Origin: Nemertoderma westbladi
Lineage: Eukaryota; Animalia; Xenacoelomorpha
Reading direction: 5' to 3'
DNA: 64,000 nt
Assembly: GCA_032718475.1 (NCBI GenBank)
Contig: JAUCBJ010006704.1
Coordinates: 4,004 to 68,003 of the forward strand
The notes below the pieces were generated by a model, which ran no database searches, was not told the origin of the DNA, and worked only from the letters and a program-made list of their open reading frames with translations. Below, one piece after another: positions 28,901 through 36,589 of this stretch. Position numbers and translations under genes: made by a program. Each line of letters begins with the position of its first letter. The stretch's first letter is position 1.

Positions 28901-31900
28901 CGTAATAAAGATTGTGTCGGTAATATAAATAATAATAACATTAATTATTATTTATATAGCGCTGTTCTATGTGCTATAAAATAGTATACTAAAAACGATT
29001 TTATTATTATTTCGCATTGGGGCTTTTTATTGGAAGTTGATAAGAAACTGGCCATGGCGTAGTGATTTCTCAGAAATGTTAGACTCAGCTTAGCCGGAAG
29101 TTTAGTTCTATTTTTTCCTACATTCCGATAGTTGCTCTTTATACAATAATCAAATATCTTAAATATAGATTCTAAGTTGTTATATGTGTTCATATATTTG
29201 GGGAAACTGAAATATATCGAACGAGGATTCGATTCCTTAAGAAAAATAATAAGAAAACCGAAATCCCCATATCCCCATTTATTAGTTTTGACTATGTTAC
29301 AATCAACAATTGTACTTTTGTGTACATGTTGAAGTAAATATACAAATATATTATTAATAATAATAATATATAAACTAACTTCAAGGATGAAATCTTGTCT
29401 TGCATTCCATTTTCAGAAAGCATACCATTGTGCACGTTTCCATAGTAAGTCAGGGCCTTTCCTTCATAATTGGGATGCTCAAATACTTCTATTTTCCCAA
29501 GTGCTCCATCTGTTTAAAGGATTTGCTCAGTGTTGATAAATTAAATTTGGATTTAATTAGCAGGGCCCATACAAACTTACATCATCTCCGACCACCAAAG
29601 TAAAAACGAACAAATAAATACAATGTATCGTACAAACTAAACAATTAGAAACAACCTAACTAATTAGAAACAAACCACCCTCTCACTCTGCATCTAATCA
29701 GAGTGGGACTATCTGCTGAGAGTTGTCCCTACAACCAATGACGAGTTCGTCCCAATCTGGACTGCGCTCATCCATGATTATGTACCAGTAATTTTCGGTT
29801 TCCCAGTGCGTGGCGTGGAAGAGAAGTTATTATTACTCCTAGGGTCGGATTGGACTATGTGATCCTCGGATCCATCGAGAACTCGCAAGGAAAGCCTCGC
29901 TTGAGGGTACAGTGCCTTAGTCTCAAAGGTGATCCAGGATGGCACACCACTCCAAGTACCTGATCACATCGCCACTTTGAACCAAGCACTCAGGTCTTTC
30001 TGGAAGACATTGGAGTCCAGGTTTACCGAGAAGCGGGACAATGCACTGAGTGGTCTTTGAGGGTTGTGGCGGTGCACAATTGAACGGGCAGTCGATCATA
30101 ACTAACTAACTAACTGCTCAGCCTTCAATTCTAGACCACACAGACCTCAGTGCAGAGGAGTTCCATATAACCTAAATGGCCTTTTTCCTCCCACTCTGCC
30201 AGTGAGGTGCGAGGGTTGTGGAGGCGAGTTCTCCACTTCCCATGCTCTGAGCTGTAAGTCAGGAGGGATGATCATTAAATGCCATGATGAGATTTGTAGG
30301 GTATTTGGTGACCTGCTCGCATCCATAGAAGGGGCCTCATGCGTGGAACGCGAAGTAACCCTCGAATCTAAGTGGCCCCCACTTGGATAGGGATGGGACT
30401 GCTGTCGGGGGTGTGACAGCTGTTTGGTTGCGTGGGGTGTGTGGGTTAACCAAAGGGTGGCGTCGTTTGAAGTTGCGATTATAAACGCGGATACCCTTGC
30501 AAACCGATCAACCGAATCACTTCTCGAGGAGCGCTGTTGGCATAAGAGCCGCTATTATCATTCCATCTGCGAAGAAAGGTGGATGTCGTTTACACCCCTC
30601 GTAGGAACCACAGGTGGCATATGGTGTCCGTAGACCCAAATACTAATAAAGCATATCACTGAGGTGCTCGTCCCCAAGCACCAGATGATGCGGGAATGCA
30701 GACTACCCTGTGTGTTGGGAGGTGTACACTGCCAACTACAGTTTGCGCTTATGCGGTCGACGCCACTCTGCATCCGAGGAGGCCATAGATCCTGCCAAGG
30801 ACTCGGGTTCACAGATGGCGCTGGTCTTCGTGGGTGAGACATCGAGGCCCAGTACTGAACATTGATAGAATATGAAATCCTAAATTACACAGTATAATTC
30901 TTACATAATTAAAATCTACAGTTAATTCATCTGCTACGGTTGGATCTAGTTTATAAAATATTAATTATCTTCTAGATTGTTGTCGTTGATTGAATAATCA
31001 AATAGAAGACTTTGTCAGCATTAAAAACAATAATGGAATGAGGTATGAGGAATACAGTTGTATAATTTTTAAGTCTAATTATTTAAATCTTATACTAGAA
31101 AATAGTTAATATCCTTATTAGAAACAAACAAACTAATTAGAAACAAATTAACCAATTAGACATAAACTAACCCGGTCCGTATAATGGTACTTCATCGCAG
31201 TTTATCCGCAATGATTGGACTTGATCATGGCCAACGGGTCTGATATCATCTACATAAAATCCGGGTTCAAGTCTAATTCTATTACCATGGAAATCGGAAT
31301 CACTGTAAGTATGAATATTAAATTAATTTTTATTTTTCAATTTGTGCTATAAATACTATTTATTGCTCTCTAGATTTCACAGGTTCCAATTTGAAAAATA
31401 TTATTCTTTTATATACCATTTAGTTGTTTTAAACGGGAAATAAATCGAAATGGTGCCAATCAAATGTGGTGTACTTGAGGATCTAATGCCATGGTAACCA
31501 AGGAACTATTTATATGACCATTTCATCCTCACATAAGTGTTCAGGGGAAGTCTTCAATAAATAAATTAAATTAAATTAATAAATAAACAACTATAAAACA
31601 CAAGTTGTAAACCTAAACCATAATATTAAATACGGTACAACTAATTATTATGCCACCAAATTCAGATGCAGTAGAATAATAGGATGTATAATACATAGTT
31701 AGTTTGATTTGATTGATTAAACGAAAAATTAAGTGATGGTAACATAAAAATATTTATTAAATAAATTTTCGGTAAACGTTTTTATATCTTTTCTGAAAAA
31801 TGTATTCAATTAATTATATTATTTGAAGAGTTCCCATTGATACACTCACTAGTTGTATAAGATGAACAGAACTGTACTGTTACCATGGATACACTCCACT

Positions 31901-34300
31901 AAAAATATATTACCTGAACAGTTCCCATGGATACGCTCCCGTGATAATAGCTGAACTGACTTTGTTATTAAACTTTCCTAAATCACGTCGACTATGAACA
32001 CCAGTATCTGGGTCATCTGCACTGATGATTTCGAAACGACCTTAAACGAAATGAAAATAAATTGAACATCTTTTTTTAATTGATGATGATGCGTATAATA
32101 TCCTCAAGGATAGTTAGATTAAATAATTAGTCATTGTAGCACATTTTAATTAAAATCAATAAGACATGTTAAAAACATAGTTAAATATATTTAAAACAGA
32201 GTTAACATATGATGTGAATAAAAGGAATATTTATTAAATTAAAGATTAGTAGTAAATATGCACATTAAAAATATTATGCGTAATGAAAATATTACGCATC
32301 AACCATCTTCAACTCATTAAAAATGATCAACTCATGCCCAAGATGAGGTTTACACCTCCCCACCCTGGAGACAGCTATCGCTGGCCTGCCCACAGCGCAG
32401 AAGCGCACAGTACGTCAGATATCTGAGAATAAATCCGGAGCCTGGCTTACCGTCCAACCTTCGACACTTGACCATGTGGATCTCGACCATGAGACTTTTA
32501 GGGACAACCTAGAGATCCACTATGGTTTTGCACCAGCTGGACTCGCACTCAAGTGCGATGGGTCTGAGGAGTCATTCTCGACTACCTACGATCTCAACTG
32601 GAAAACCGGCGGTTTAGTGATGAGGTGGCACAACAAGGTCCAGGATGTTTTCGCCGACCTCATGTCGTTGGAGGCCCGACGGCATACGAGGTTGTTCTTT
32701 CCATAGGTCCCATTAACCGGGATGGTCAGGTCATTCGTGGGGTGTGCGCAGATATTGTGGCGTGCGGAGCTGGGTTAGTCAGAGGGAGGCATCATTCGAC
32801 ATTGCGATTGCAAACACCCCCTCTTTCGCCAAGCTAACCACTCTACCAGACGAATCAGTATAGGATGAAATTAAATAGCCTGCGTGGACACCGCGCAGGC
32901 CACTGGGTAGTCGATGGCAAAAAAATAATGTTTATTTTTAATTGTAATGATTTTGCATCCATCATTTCGTGGTTATCATCAAAATAGCCATGATCTTTTC
33001 ATATCATTATTAAGCAGATATGTGCCACTGCTGTTCTTATAGTTAAATCTAAAATTGTGCTTTACGTGGATACTTCCAGAGAGCGCAGATAAGTTGGCAT
33101 AATGTAACGAATATTGCTAGCAAATCGAAATTACAAGTAGCAGCGCCGAGTTTGGATCAATTTTAGGCCAAATTAAATTAATCAATATTTTTTTAATACC
33201 ATTTACAAACCTCTAAATTTTGGATGTTCAAACAGCGTTATTCCCTGGGCAGGAAGCAGTAGAATAGAACTCATGCGGTCAGAATTTATAGGAAAATGTT
33301 CTGAGTTGTATTTCCCAAATTCTAGAATGTCAATTCCACCATTGTATTCGTGTTCGTATAATATCCAACTGTAAAGAAAACATAACATTTTCTAGATAAA
33401 TATCCACTTTAGCTGGTTAACTATCAGTATGGCAGAATTCTTAATTACATGATTTGAGTGTAGCCACTCCCTAACGTGTTTGAGAAATAAATAAATATAA
33501 TTCGTAATTATTGGTCACTCAAGCTTCTACTTCAACTATTATTTAATTTGACACTTCTTTGGGATCTATACCAAACCTTCGACTGGACTGACATCAGGAC
33601 CCCTGGTGTTTGAACCTAGAATGAGATTGATTAATAAGGGGAGGTAGATATTATTATCAGCTAAGGACATGAATTATAATCGTTGTAGTATTTTGAACTA
33701 CGTAGACCCGACGAAAACTACTCAGTCTGCTGTCAGTTGTCTTCTTTCAGATGCCTGCAGTCAGTTTTTTGCTGTCGGCATAAAGTTTAACCCGCTCAAA
33801 CCGTAGTACTTTAAGAACAGGTATCCATTCAGGTGTACCAGTGTCTTTAAATGGTAATTTACGGAGGTGCTTGCTTATTAAGCTTTTGCCCTGGGGTGCA
33901 ATGTATTACGAAAAACATTATCGGGGACCAGGGAAAATAGCTTGTATTTTTCTATATTGGTTTTAGGTAAAGAGAAAGACCCGTTAGCTCCTCTAAGAGA
34001 TGTTACTAAGGGCCGACCAGAAGACCCATTAGCTGAGTAGGTAGTTTTATTTCTATTGTATATAAAATTTCCTTCTACTTACATTCCACATACAACGTTG
34101 ACAGAAGATAATTTATCATTGAAATTGGCAGCTTTGATATCTGCGTAATTCAGGTTTCCATGTGCAACCAGTTTCTGTCCTGTCCATCCCGGGTCGGCAT
34201 ACAGCTCGATCATCGGTTCACAATCACAGACCTCATCCTCCTGCTGACACCCACCCAAACCTACAAGCATTAGAATTCCTACCAAGTATGTTAACATCAT
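1850..34300 (-). CDS. Secreted multi-domain beta/gamma-crystallin superfamily protein (about 570 aa, 11 coding exons, about 12 Greek-key motifs)
   Basis: Exons 34300-34083, 33368-33211, 32040-31914, 31302-31172, 29509-29380, 28704-28563, 27051-26909, 26103-25834, 3865-3752, 2217-2041 and 1952-1850 all have GT-AG boundaries and compatible phases (1713 nt in total). Hydrophobic N-terminus MMLTYLVGILMLVGLGGC. Repeated crystallin motifs such as ELYADPGWTG..FNDKLSS, TLFEHPKFRG..FNNKVSS, EVFEHPNYEG..MQDKISS and ALFQHPNFCG..FHDRISS. Confidence 0.85.
2041..2217 (-). CDS. Crystallin-domain gene exon 10
   Basis: SVRALTALDGTGSYIALFQHPNFCGGSITLDHSEPNLHDFGFHDRISSAIITSGTWLLAE; TAG acceptor, GTTAGT donor. 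Confidence 0.85.
2591..2820. mobile_element. MITE-like dispersed repeat, copy 1
   Basis: About 230 bp shared with 28293-28510 and 49572-49819; imperfect terminal inverted repeats (G-run..CTGGACGCA / CGTCCAGTTCCC). Confidence 0.7.
3752..3865 (-). CDS. Crystallin-domain gene exon 9
   Basis: WIIYEDNFCGRPSVIGPGDYPEPISWGTSGPRDNTIS; phase matches exon 8 across the 22-kb intron; GTTAGT donor. Confidence 0.83.
3960..4507 (+). mobile_element. 3' fragment of a LINE (C-terminal Cys/His domain and 3' UTR), apparently interrupted by the BEL element
   Basis: TRLRVMSHNLKIETGRW..RENRVCRC..QTETHVL is typical of LINE ORF2 C-termini. An AATAAA and (TA)n tail follow the BEL element at about 24939-24958. Confidence 0.6.
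5230..7126. mobile_element. 1.9-kb non-coding segment in one LTR only, flanked by the 9-bp direct repeat ATATGATAT
   Basis: Absent from the other LTR; ATATGATAT at 5221-5229 and 7127-7135; no TIR or poly-A tail seen. Confidence 0.6.
6926..7002 (-). other. tRNA-derived Pol III promoter-like sequence (A and B boxes), not an intact tRNA
   Basis: Minus strand reads TAGCTCAGTTGGTAGAGC ... GTTCGAATCC; the acceptor and anticodon stems do not pair. Confidence 0.6.
7757..8455 (-). pseudogene. BEL 3' accessory ORF of unknown function (about 230 codons, in-frame TAG at codon 6, basic C-terminus)
   Basis: Frame is open from 8437 to 7757; upstream ATG at 8455; ends KKLRKRRPRKKD. Confidence 0.45.
8461..8610 (-). 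CDS. Small double CCHC zinc-knuckle ORF (49 aa) in the BEL 3' region
   Basis: MEIYCAYCRLNNLHIFAVC..CHHCQLKGHASFDC gives CX2CX5HX4C plus CX2CX4HX4C. Confidence 0.55.
   Translation of the reverse strand: MEIYCAYCRLNNLHIFAVCPQFMTQCHHCQLKGHASFDCPFNHDLDELA
9338..9706. repeat. Short insertion-like segment containing a (CA)n microsatellite (9614-9663)
   Basis: (CA)n run with composition distinct from the flanking ORF-bearing DNA; boundaries are approximate. Confidence 0.4.
9700..10286 (-). pseudogene. BEL 3' accessory ORF remnant of unknown function
   Basis: One frame MTELI*DDLG...MPRI*GDSAYR... with two in-frame stops over about 195 codons. Confidence 0.35.
11577..11829 (-). repeat. Gypsy 3' LTR
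   Basis: Direct repeat of 16593-16845; preceded on the minus strand by the PPT GGTGGGGGGGTAG. Confidence 0.93.
11830..15326 (-). pseudogene. pol: Gypsy Pol (PR-RT-RNase H-integrase-PWWP), disrupted by one frameshift and one stop
   Basis: PR FLADSGS; RT LDLASAY and YQDD; RH TTDAS..DRELLA..TDHKPL; IN HHCC, D-D-E and GPY. Frameshift at the A9 run 13734-13742; in-frame TGA at 13351-13353. Confidence 0.88.
15278..16360 (-). CDS. gag: Gypsy Gag (Mag-type)
   Basis: VKLPQFYEKD..WFDQIE, LGDRKPS and C-terminal LCWYHWKFGKDSTKCTGNC. Confidence 0.88.
   Translation of the reverse strand: MSTDIYNAPKSILEAVLEILHSEDVSYQPPQTKGEILDELKQQNKTFVQLAFNQVQQSLRNVPNLSSSSTDAGFSTHQTQTVKLPQFYEKDTHVWFDQIEQILDKTPEPIKKNSLLRVLPTNVIFDSGAQVTDSFNIIKESLIKYYDDSEERRLKKLLEDQSLGDRKPSVILRHLQRLAPNNINIVKLRFLEILPEPIRLVLISIDGVPIDKLAEIADRMTENMPSHSLVNEVTVKPKTESNINPPPEMQAWCQNITQEINRLSEAINSLSTRNERGRSRYPSTDRDTGYRNRSESYYRGHSQSRSFNQTPSLCWYHWKFGKDSTKCTGNCTWVQPDNFRFPQHQGNSNTPPRPRPSAME
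15288..15326 (-). promoter_or_regulatory. Putative -1 ribosomal frameshift signal between gag and pol
   Basis: Slippery heptamer GGGAAAC (15326-15320) lies in the gag/pol overlap; a 7-nt spacer is followed by a CTCCA...TGGAG stem-loop. Confidence 0.7.
16574..16591 (-). promoter_or_regulatory. Primer binding site, tRNA-Trp-like
   Basis: TGGTGACCCGGACGAGAT matches 16/18 positions of the tRNA-Trp PBS TGGTGACCCCGACGTGAT as I recall it. Confidence 0.75.
16593..16845 (-). repeat. Gypsy 5' LTR
   Basis: Direct repeat of 11577-11829; the PBS follows 1 nt after it. Confidence 0.93.
17187..21344 (-). CDS. BEL/Pao Gag-protease polyprotein (1385 aa) with RT, most of RNase H and the integrase deleted in frame
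   Basis: Ala/Glu-rich coiled coil; DUF1759-like IVKFNGD..W..F; three Cys/His knuckles; ALLDSGS protease; GWYFTGP; then WRH..NPADIVSRG..WP and the BEL C-terminal-like RPAGRLCLLE. Confidence 0.88.
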   Translation of the reverse strand: MSDTTQSLSDSLLESVRMTVRQCLKKINDPDPSLEHPRSKSKSPTIVKKAIPTVVVSDPRLVEQRRSIIGTRAQVKRDQEAAVKQQQHPSLEPSSQRPDSSSSLDTAERTPERGAKMVDTVYDERPTYEESTDATSSQVESEVESELTSAEKPRTRDAIDIYLSDYQRFIGDEELRRRLSGLRPNSEGTKLVLDAIDAEMLAANQAKFDEKLRLVRVQEEQVKKRRIEEQRAAAMAEAEAERKEAAARAEVEIQRKAAAAEAKAAAAEAKAAMAEAEARAKKAVAEAERRASEQTTQLELEKLQETQDNINKQLTASHMQIMRKSTPKCQGYTSSEESETTDPEGGGNRSRLSRRRKTSYRHKLPDLPPAVKRQLTSTDLGSVEPIEQFIQVKRLPTIVDEPEVIRPVVPKVTPVLETPALPELNSKFPLHSTTLPVPDGTVHANTPVLSIDRGIKDLSPVVPRQPATMLATPASAVEWVEEGRRGMNLLLGQMQETVHQLKGTVREGRAELQEVQQSIALERDKLVNIQKGIPIPPVTLCQPVRSEVLHAQGVEPTRIYTASEVETPIANPIKGDYRPVVNDIPYRPDNDPRNLYTDNSILNNTMAQESFTRQMARTEARQAVKVGEIVKFNGDEMKWLPFNEYYKDSIQNSVLSNREKLRFLIKCLEGPPRLMALKFIGHPEGLRQVWDTLNIRYGNKDNIAKYLYAKLVAPRHFLSSGIIEFSDEIQEICRQLDWLGKSHEYQSSMVIGAVVSTLPKGGVCTRWDKKVLYMNEQQRRSPTMADLMSFLDSEVKLQLIKQSREKTSENKVSEKPVSRRRIIPVCYTDDGESQASQEEDSGKDTAKSYYDNKTYKDVSKYKSRTSDRREQVTTTPPTSPKRIHGRKPEERTRVHNVTQGKVSNIKPKCALCDGPHHLSACAEFLKKSLVDRRTVLWNKRLCYNCLRSGHQRRTCYSDVKCAKCGAKHHILLHSEFERNNPSQVSEPELHVQFSDVNDTDQESEMEGFYTDEFSDAIESCYLINTSVYRALTYEKDTNNEFPPTTYAKQPSWKAPTSNVGIREFPVVQVRVHGPNKSYIVKALLDSGSTGTFIDQELAEDIFAGQPKFQTKLNMSGIMQVWKSTITADYYVGALSTPQDKLGAQSIRSVKMVAIKNFATTQADLYNWDEDESIQHLKIPRFQTDYPGVQILIGQNAHEALETLEKRPAQPQPLQTYAVRTRVGWYFTGPSRRTLKERLPQQQVYQVKEWEVESSDVDDPTEGTPYSSDNDDINSNIDQWRHCLGTINPADIVSRGATPQELIDTPGWLGGSDFLSKEEEEWPPHLTPAEIRQAKGAEKVTQQLNRPAGRLCLLERDRKLSGNYGRQDTLPTTTSLIRQISRDSIT
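22700..23270. repeat. About 288-bp tandem duplication in the BEL 5' leader
   Basis: GTGCAGATTCC at 22761 and 23049 with long flanking identity. Confidence 0.8.
23414..23541. repeat. 38-bp tandem repeat (about 3.5 copies) in the BEL 5' leader
   Basis: AGTACCGGTT at 23417, 23455, 23493 and 23531. Confidence 0.85.
23607..24871 (-). repeat. 5' LTR of the BEL element (1265 bp)
   Basis: Direct repeat of 4508-5229 plus 7136-7678; TG..CA termini. Confidence 0.93.
25430..25720 (-). mobile_element. Possible degraded tyrosine-recombinase (DIRS/Ngaro-like) fragment
   Basis: HDLRRLLKETGL...KVRCGGATFS resembles the YR motif HSFRRGGATFA; the match is weak. Confidence 0.25.
25834..26103 (-). CDS. Crystallin-domain gene exon 8
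   Basis: DTFNGPRIILNPGYYPYWDAFYPPGRDAVSSIKLL...CPSPKITLYTDRNFQGYKMTV...TENAVSSIKVECG; CAG acceptor, GTGAGT donor. Confidence 0.87.
26909..27051 (-). CDS. Crystallin-domain gene exon 7
   Basis: RGLIMFQGVYFADEGVSSQNSISDLRPWKMENNLDSLIIRTGKWELF; CAG acceptor, GTAAAA donor. Confidence 0.83.
28293..28510. mobile_element. MITE-like dispersed repeat, copy 2 (truncated at the right end)
   Basis: Poly-G then AACTGGACGCAATAAAAATTCATCCCTCTCC..., homologous to 2591-2820. Confidence 0.7.
28563..28704 (-). CDS. Crystallin-domain gene exon 6
   Basis: IYSGTWILYEHHRSGHYVILKPGLYPSPGSWSTKLNDKVSFIRFIPP; CAG acceptor, GTAAG donor. Confidence 0.87.
29380..29509 (-). CDS. Crystallin-domain gene exon 5
   Basis: DGALGKIEVFEHPNYEGKALTYYGNVHNGMLSENGMQDKISSLK; CAG acceptor, GTTAGT donor. 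Confidence 0.87.
29676..31116 (+). mobile_element. Degraded 5'-truncated CRE-like non-LTR retrotransposon (restriction-like endonuclease end)
   Basis: CEGCGGEFSTSHALSCKSGG..HDEI; GVWVNQRVASFEV; SFTPLV.TTGG; candidate TSD ATTAGAAACAAAC at 29663-29675 and 31117-31129. Confidence 0.65.
31172..31302 (-). CDS. Crystallin-domain gene exon 4
   Basis: SDSDFHGNRIRLEPGFYVDDIRPVGHDQVQSLRINCDEVPLYGP; CAG acceptor, GTTAGT donor. Confidence 0.85.
31914..32040 (-). CDS. Crystallin-domain gene exon 3
   Basis: GRFEIISADDPDTGVHSRRDLGKFNNKVSSAIITGAYPWELF; AG/GT boundaries in phase. Confidence 0.85.
32340..32900 (+). mobile_element. Second CRE-like RLE fragment
   Basis: GAWLTVQP..DLDHETFRDNL..KCDG...GGLVMRWHNKVQDVFADL. 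Confidence 0.6.
33211..33368 (-). CDS. Crystallin-domain gene exon 2
   Basis: CAG acceptor; WILYEHEYNGG...NSDRMSSILLLPAQGITLFEHPKFRG; GTTTGT donor. Confidence 0.88.
34083..34300 (-). CDS. Crystallin-domain gene coding exon 1 (signal peptide + motif 1)
   Basis: ATG at 34300; MMLTYLVGILMLVGLGGCQQEDEVCDCEPMIELYADPGWTGQ...FNDKLSSVNVVCG; GTAAG donor, phase 2. Confidence 0.88.
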
Positions 34301-34858
34301 TTTATTCTTTGATGCCAACTTTTTAGTTTATAAGTTTAATTTCCAAGTTAAAATGTTAGGAAGGAAGGATATGAATCGGTTTTAGTAATTCCTTCTTTGA
34401 GGCACCATATGGCGTTTTTTGCACCTACACGGTAACAAAACGCCTTATTATTGATGTGCAACAATAAAGAAGCACTATAGAATACGAATCCTCAATACAT
34501 ATGGCGTTTTTCGCAGCTATGGTACATATATTTGTATTACATAGATACAAATATTGAATTATAATGTTGTACATAGCTGGACAACGCCTTATTATCATTG
34601 ATCTGAGACTCAAGAAAAACAACATAATAGAAGATGACACATCGAATAAAATAAGTAACATATGGTATTTTAGTTTTAAGTTATTTATTGCAAACCATTG
34701 GAATGCAATAACACTTATTCGTATGCCATATGCCATATGTTGCAGCATCGGTATTATGAGAAAGTATGAAAACTTCCGTGAAAAGTGAAAGTGAAAACTT
34801 ACATAATAATATAAAATAATATATCCCTAAATATTATATTTCATTATATGACATAATA

Positions 34859-35842
34859 TGTTAAAGCTTTGCGGCATAAATGTGACGTTTTTCTGTAATA
34901 CGCGAACAACTCTAAAACTGGCATTATATCGTCCGGAGATTTGAGAACGTATAAAACTTACGCCCTCTAGCGTATATTTTGGTACAGAGCTATAGTGACG
35001 AAATCACCTGCCATTGGCCAGTGTTTTTTCTTTCTCCCGTAGCCTCTATGTTAATTCCCGGCCAATCAGCACAATTTTCACTTTGCAAGTTCTTGAGGCC
35101 TTGTTTACATATGAATATGTCGCAGTGCGACAAAATCATTCATTCTGACTTCTGCCCGAGACCATCCATGGCCAGACTGCCAGAGGGTTATCAACCACAA
35201 TATATTATCGCTTCTTTCACTCTTTACTGCACTCTGCACTTACGGCATACATCTGACTGCTGATTAAATGCCGGCACCGCATAATTTTATACTGTTTTAT
35301 ACTGTTATTCATTGTTATTTGGTAACGTATTTAATGGATGTTTATATTTGAAGAATATCGATAATTCCCCCTAACTTTCTTTATTATTGAGGTAAGCAGA
35401 ATGGAACATTAGTAACAATTGCTTGGCTCAAATTACAGTGGTCTATATGAATTGTATGCTATTTCAGAACCCCAACGTAAGCGAGCTAAATTTCTCCTTA
35501 TATATGAGTAAAATTGGTAACAGTCGGCAAATTAACGTGTTTCAGTATTATTGTCAGTAAAGTGAGTGTGAGCGAATAATTCTACATTCCTAAAAAAAGT
35601 AAAACCGTGATGTTCCACAACCCTCCGTTGTAATTAGTATAAGTCGTAACTCTGTCTGATATTTAAAGCGCAGCATCTAAAGGAACTGTTGATATTGCCC
35701 TGAAAGTAAGCATAGTTGATAAGCATAAGCATATGCCGCGCTAGACTGGCTTCTACTGTGGTCATATATTGTGCAGGCTGTCAGACAACATAAGACACAT
35801 AAATTAACAGGTTAAACTGTTAAAGGTCTAACAGCGCGAAAA
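34859..35842 (+). mobile_element. Diverged solo LTR related to the BEL LTRs, in the opposite orientation
   Basis: Collinear blocks match the reverse complement of 23607-24871 (GTCGGCAAATTA, ATTAGTATAAGTC, CTAGACTGGCTTCT, CAGGTTAAACTG.TAAAGGTCT, GCCAATCAG); flanks TAATA/TGATA. Confidence 0.7.
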
Positions 35843-36303
35843 TGATATAATATGTAATAAAAGGTAATAAAAAACAATAACATCAACAAACAACTGGAAC
35901 GTACCGGTACTACAAGAGCACACTTGATCTGGAGTCAGCCTGCGAGTCAAGGATGCCCAGAAACCCCCTCCCCCGTACCGAATTCAGCTATATTTCCCCC
36001 TCATCCAATCAAGCTCGCTTTATTTGTGAGGTTGTTGTTGACCTTCTCTTTTGGCGACGTGGCAGGAGGTCTACGCTGCTCAGGGCCGGACTTGTACGGA
36101 CTTGGGGCAGTGGTGTGGGGCCTAGGCTCTACTGTTTGGGGTTTGCACATACGGCGCTAAGTACTTTTCACAGACAATACTAATACTAAACTAGGCCTTT
36201 ATACTGAAAGACACATTTTCTCTCGTTTCCATTACTCTAAATTTTCAATCTATTTCTTGCAAATACCTTGCAAAGAAATCTGAAGGTAGATGTAAATATA
36301 TTA

Positions 36304-36589
36304 TTAGGAAATGTGAGTCAGGAAATGTTTGGAATTTCCTATACATTTTTCCGGAAATTTCCTATACATTTTCCGGAAAGTTCCTTTTTAGTTTATTTAG
36401 CACATTCTTAAAACATAATATAATAGTAAAACACAAGTAGAGTAAACACTAGAAACATTAGGGATTCTTAGATGTGTTTAGGTGGTTCGTTGTCTTGTCT
36501 CTTGTGGTCGTAACTACGGATGAAATATACTTTCCGGAAATTTTCTGAATTTTCCTTGAAAAACATATTTCAGGAAACTCACATCCCTA
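36304..36589. mobile_element. Possible MITE with imperfect TAGG..CCCTA termini and internal TTTCCGGAAA repeats
   Basis: TAGGAAATGTGAGT at the left versus ACTCACATCCCTA at the right. Confidence 0.4.
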
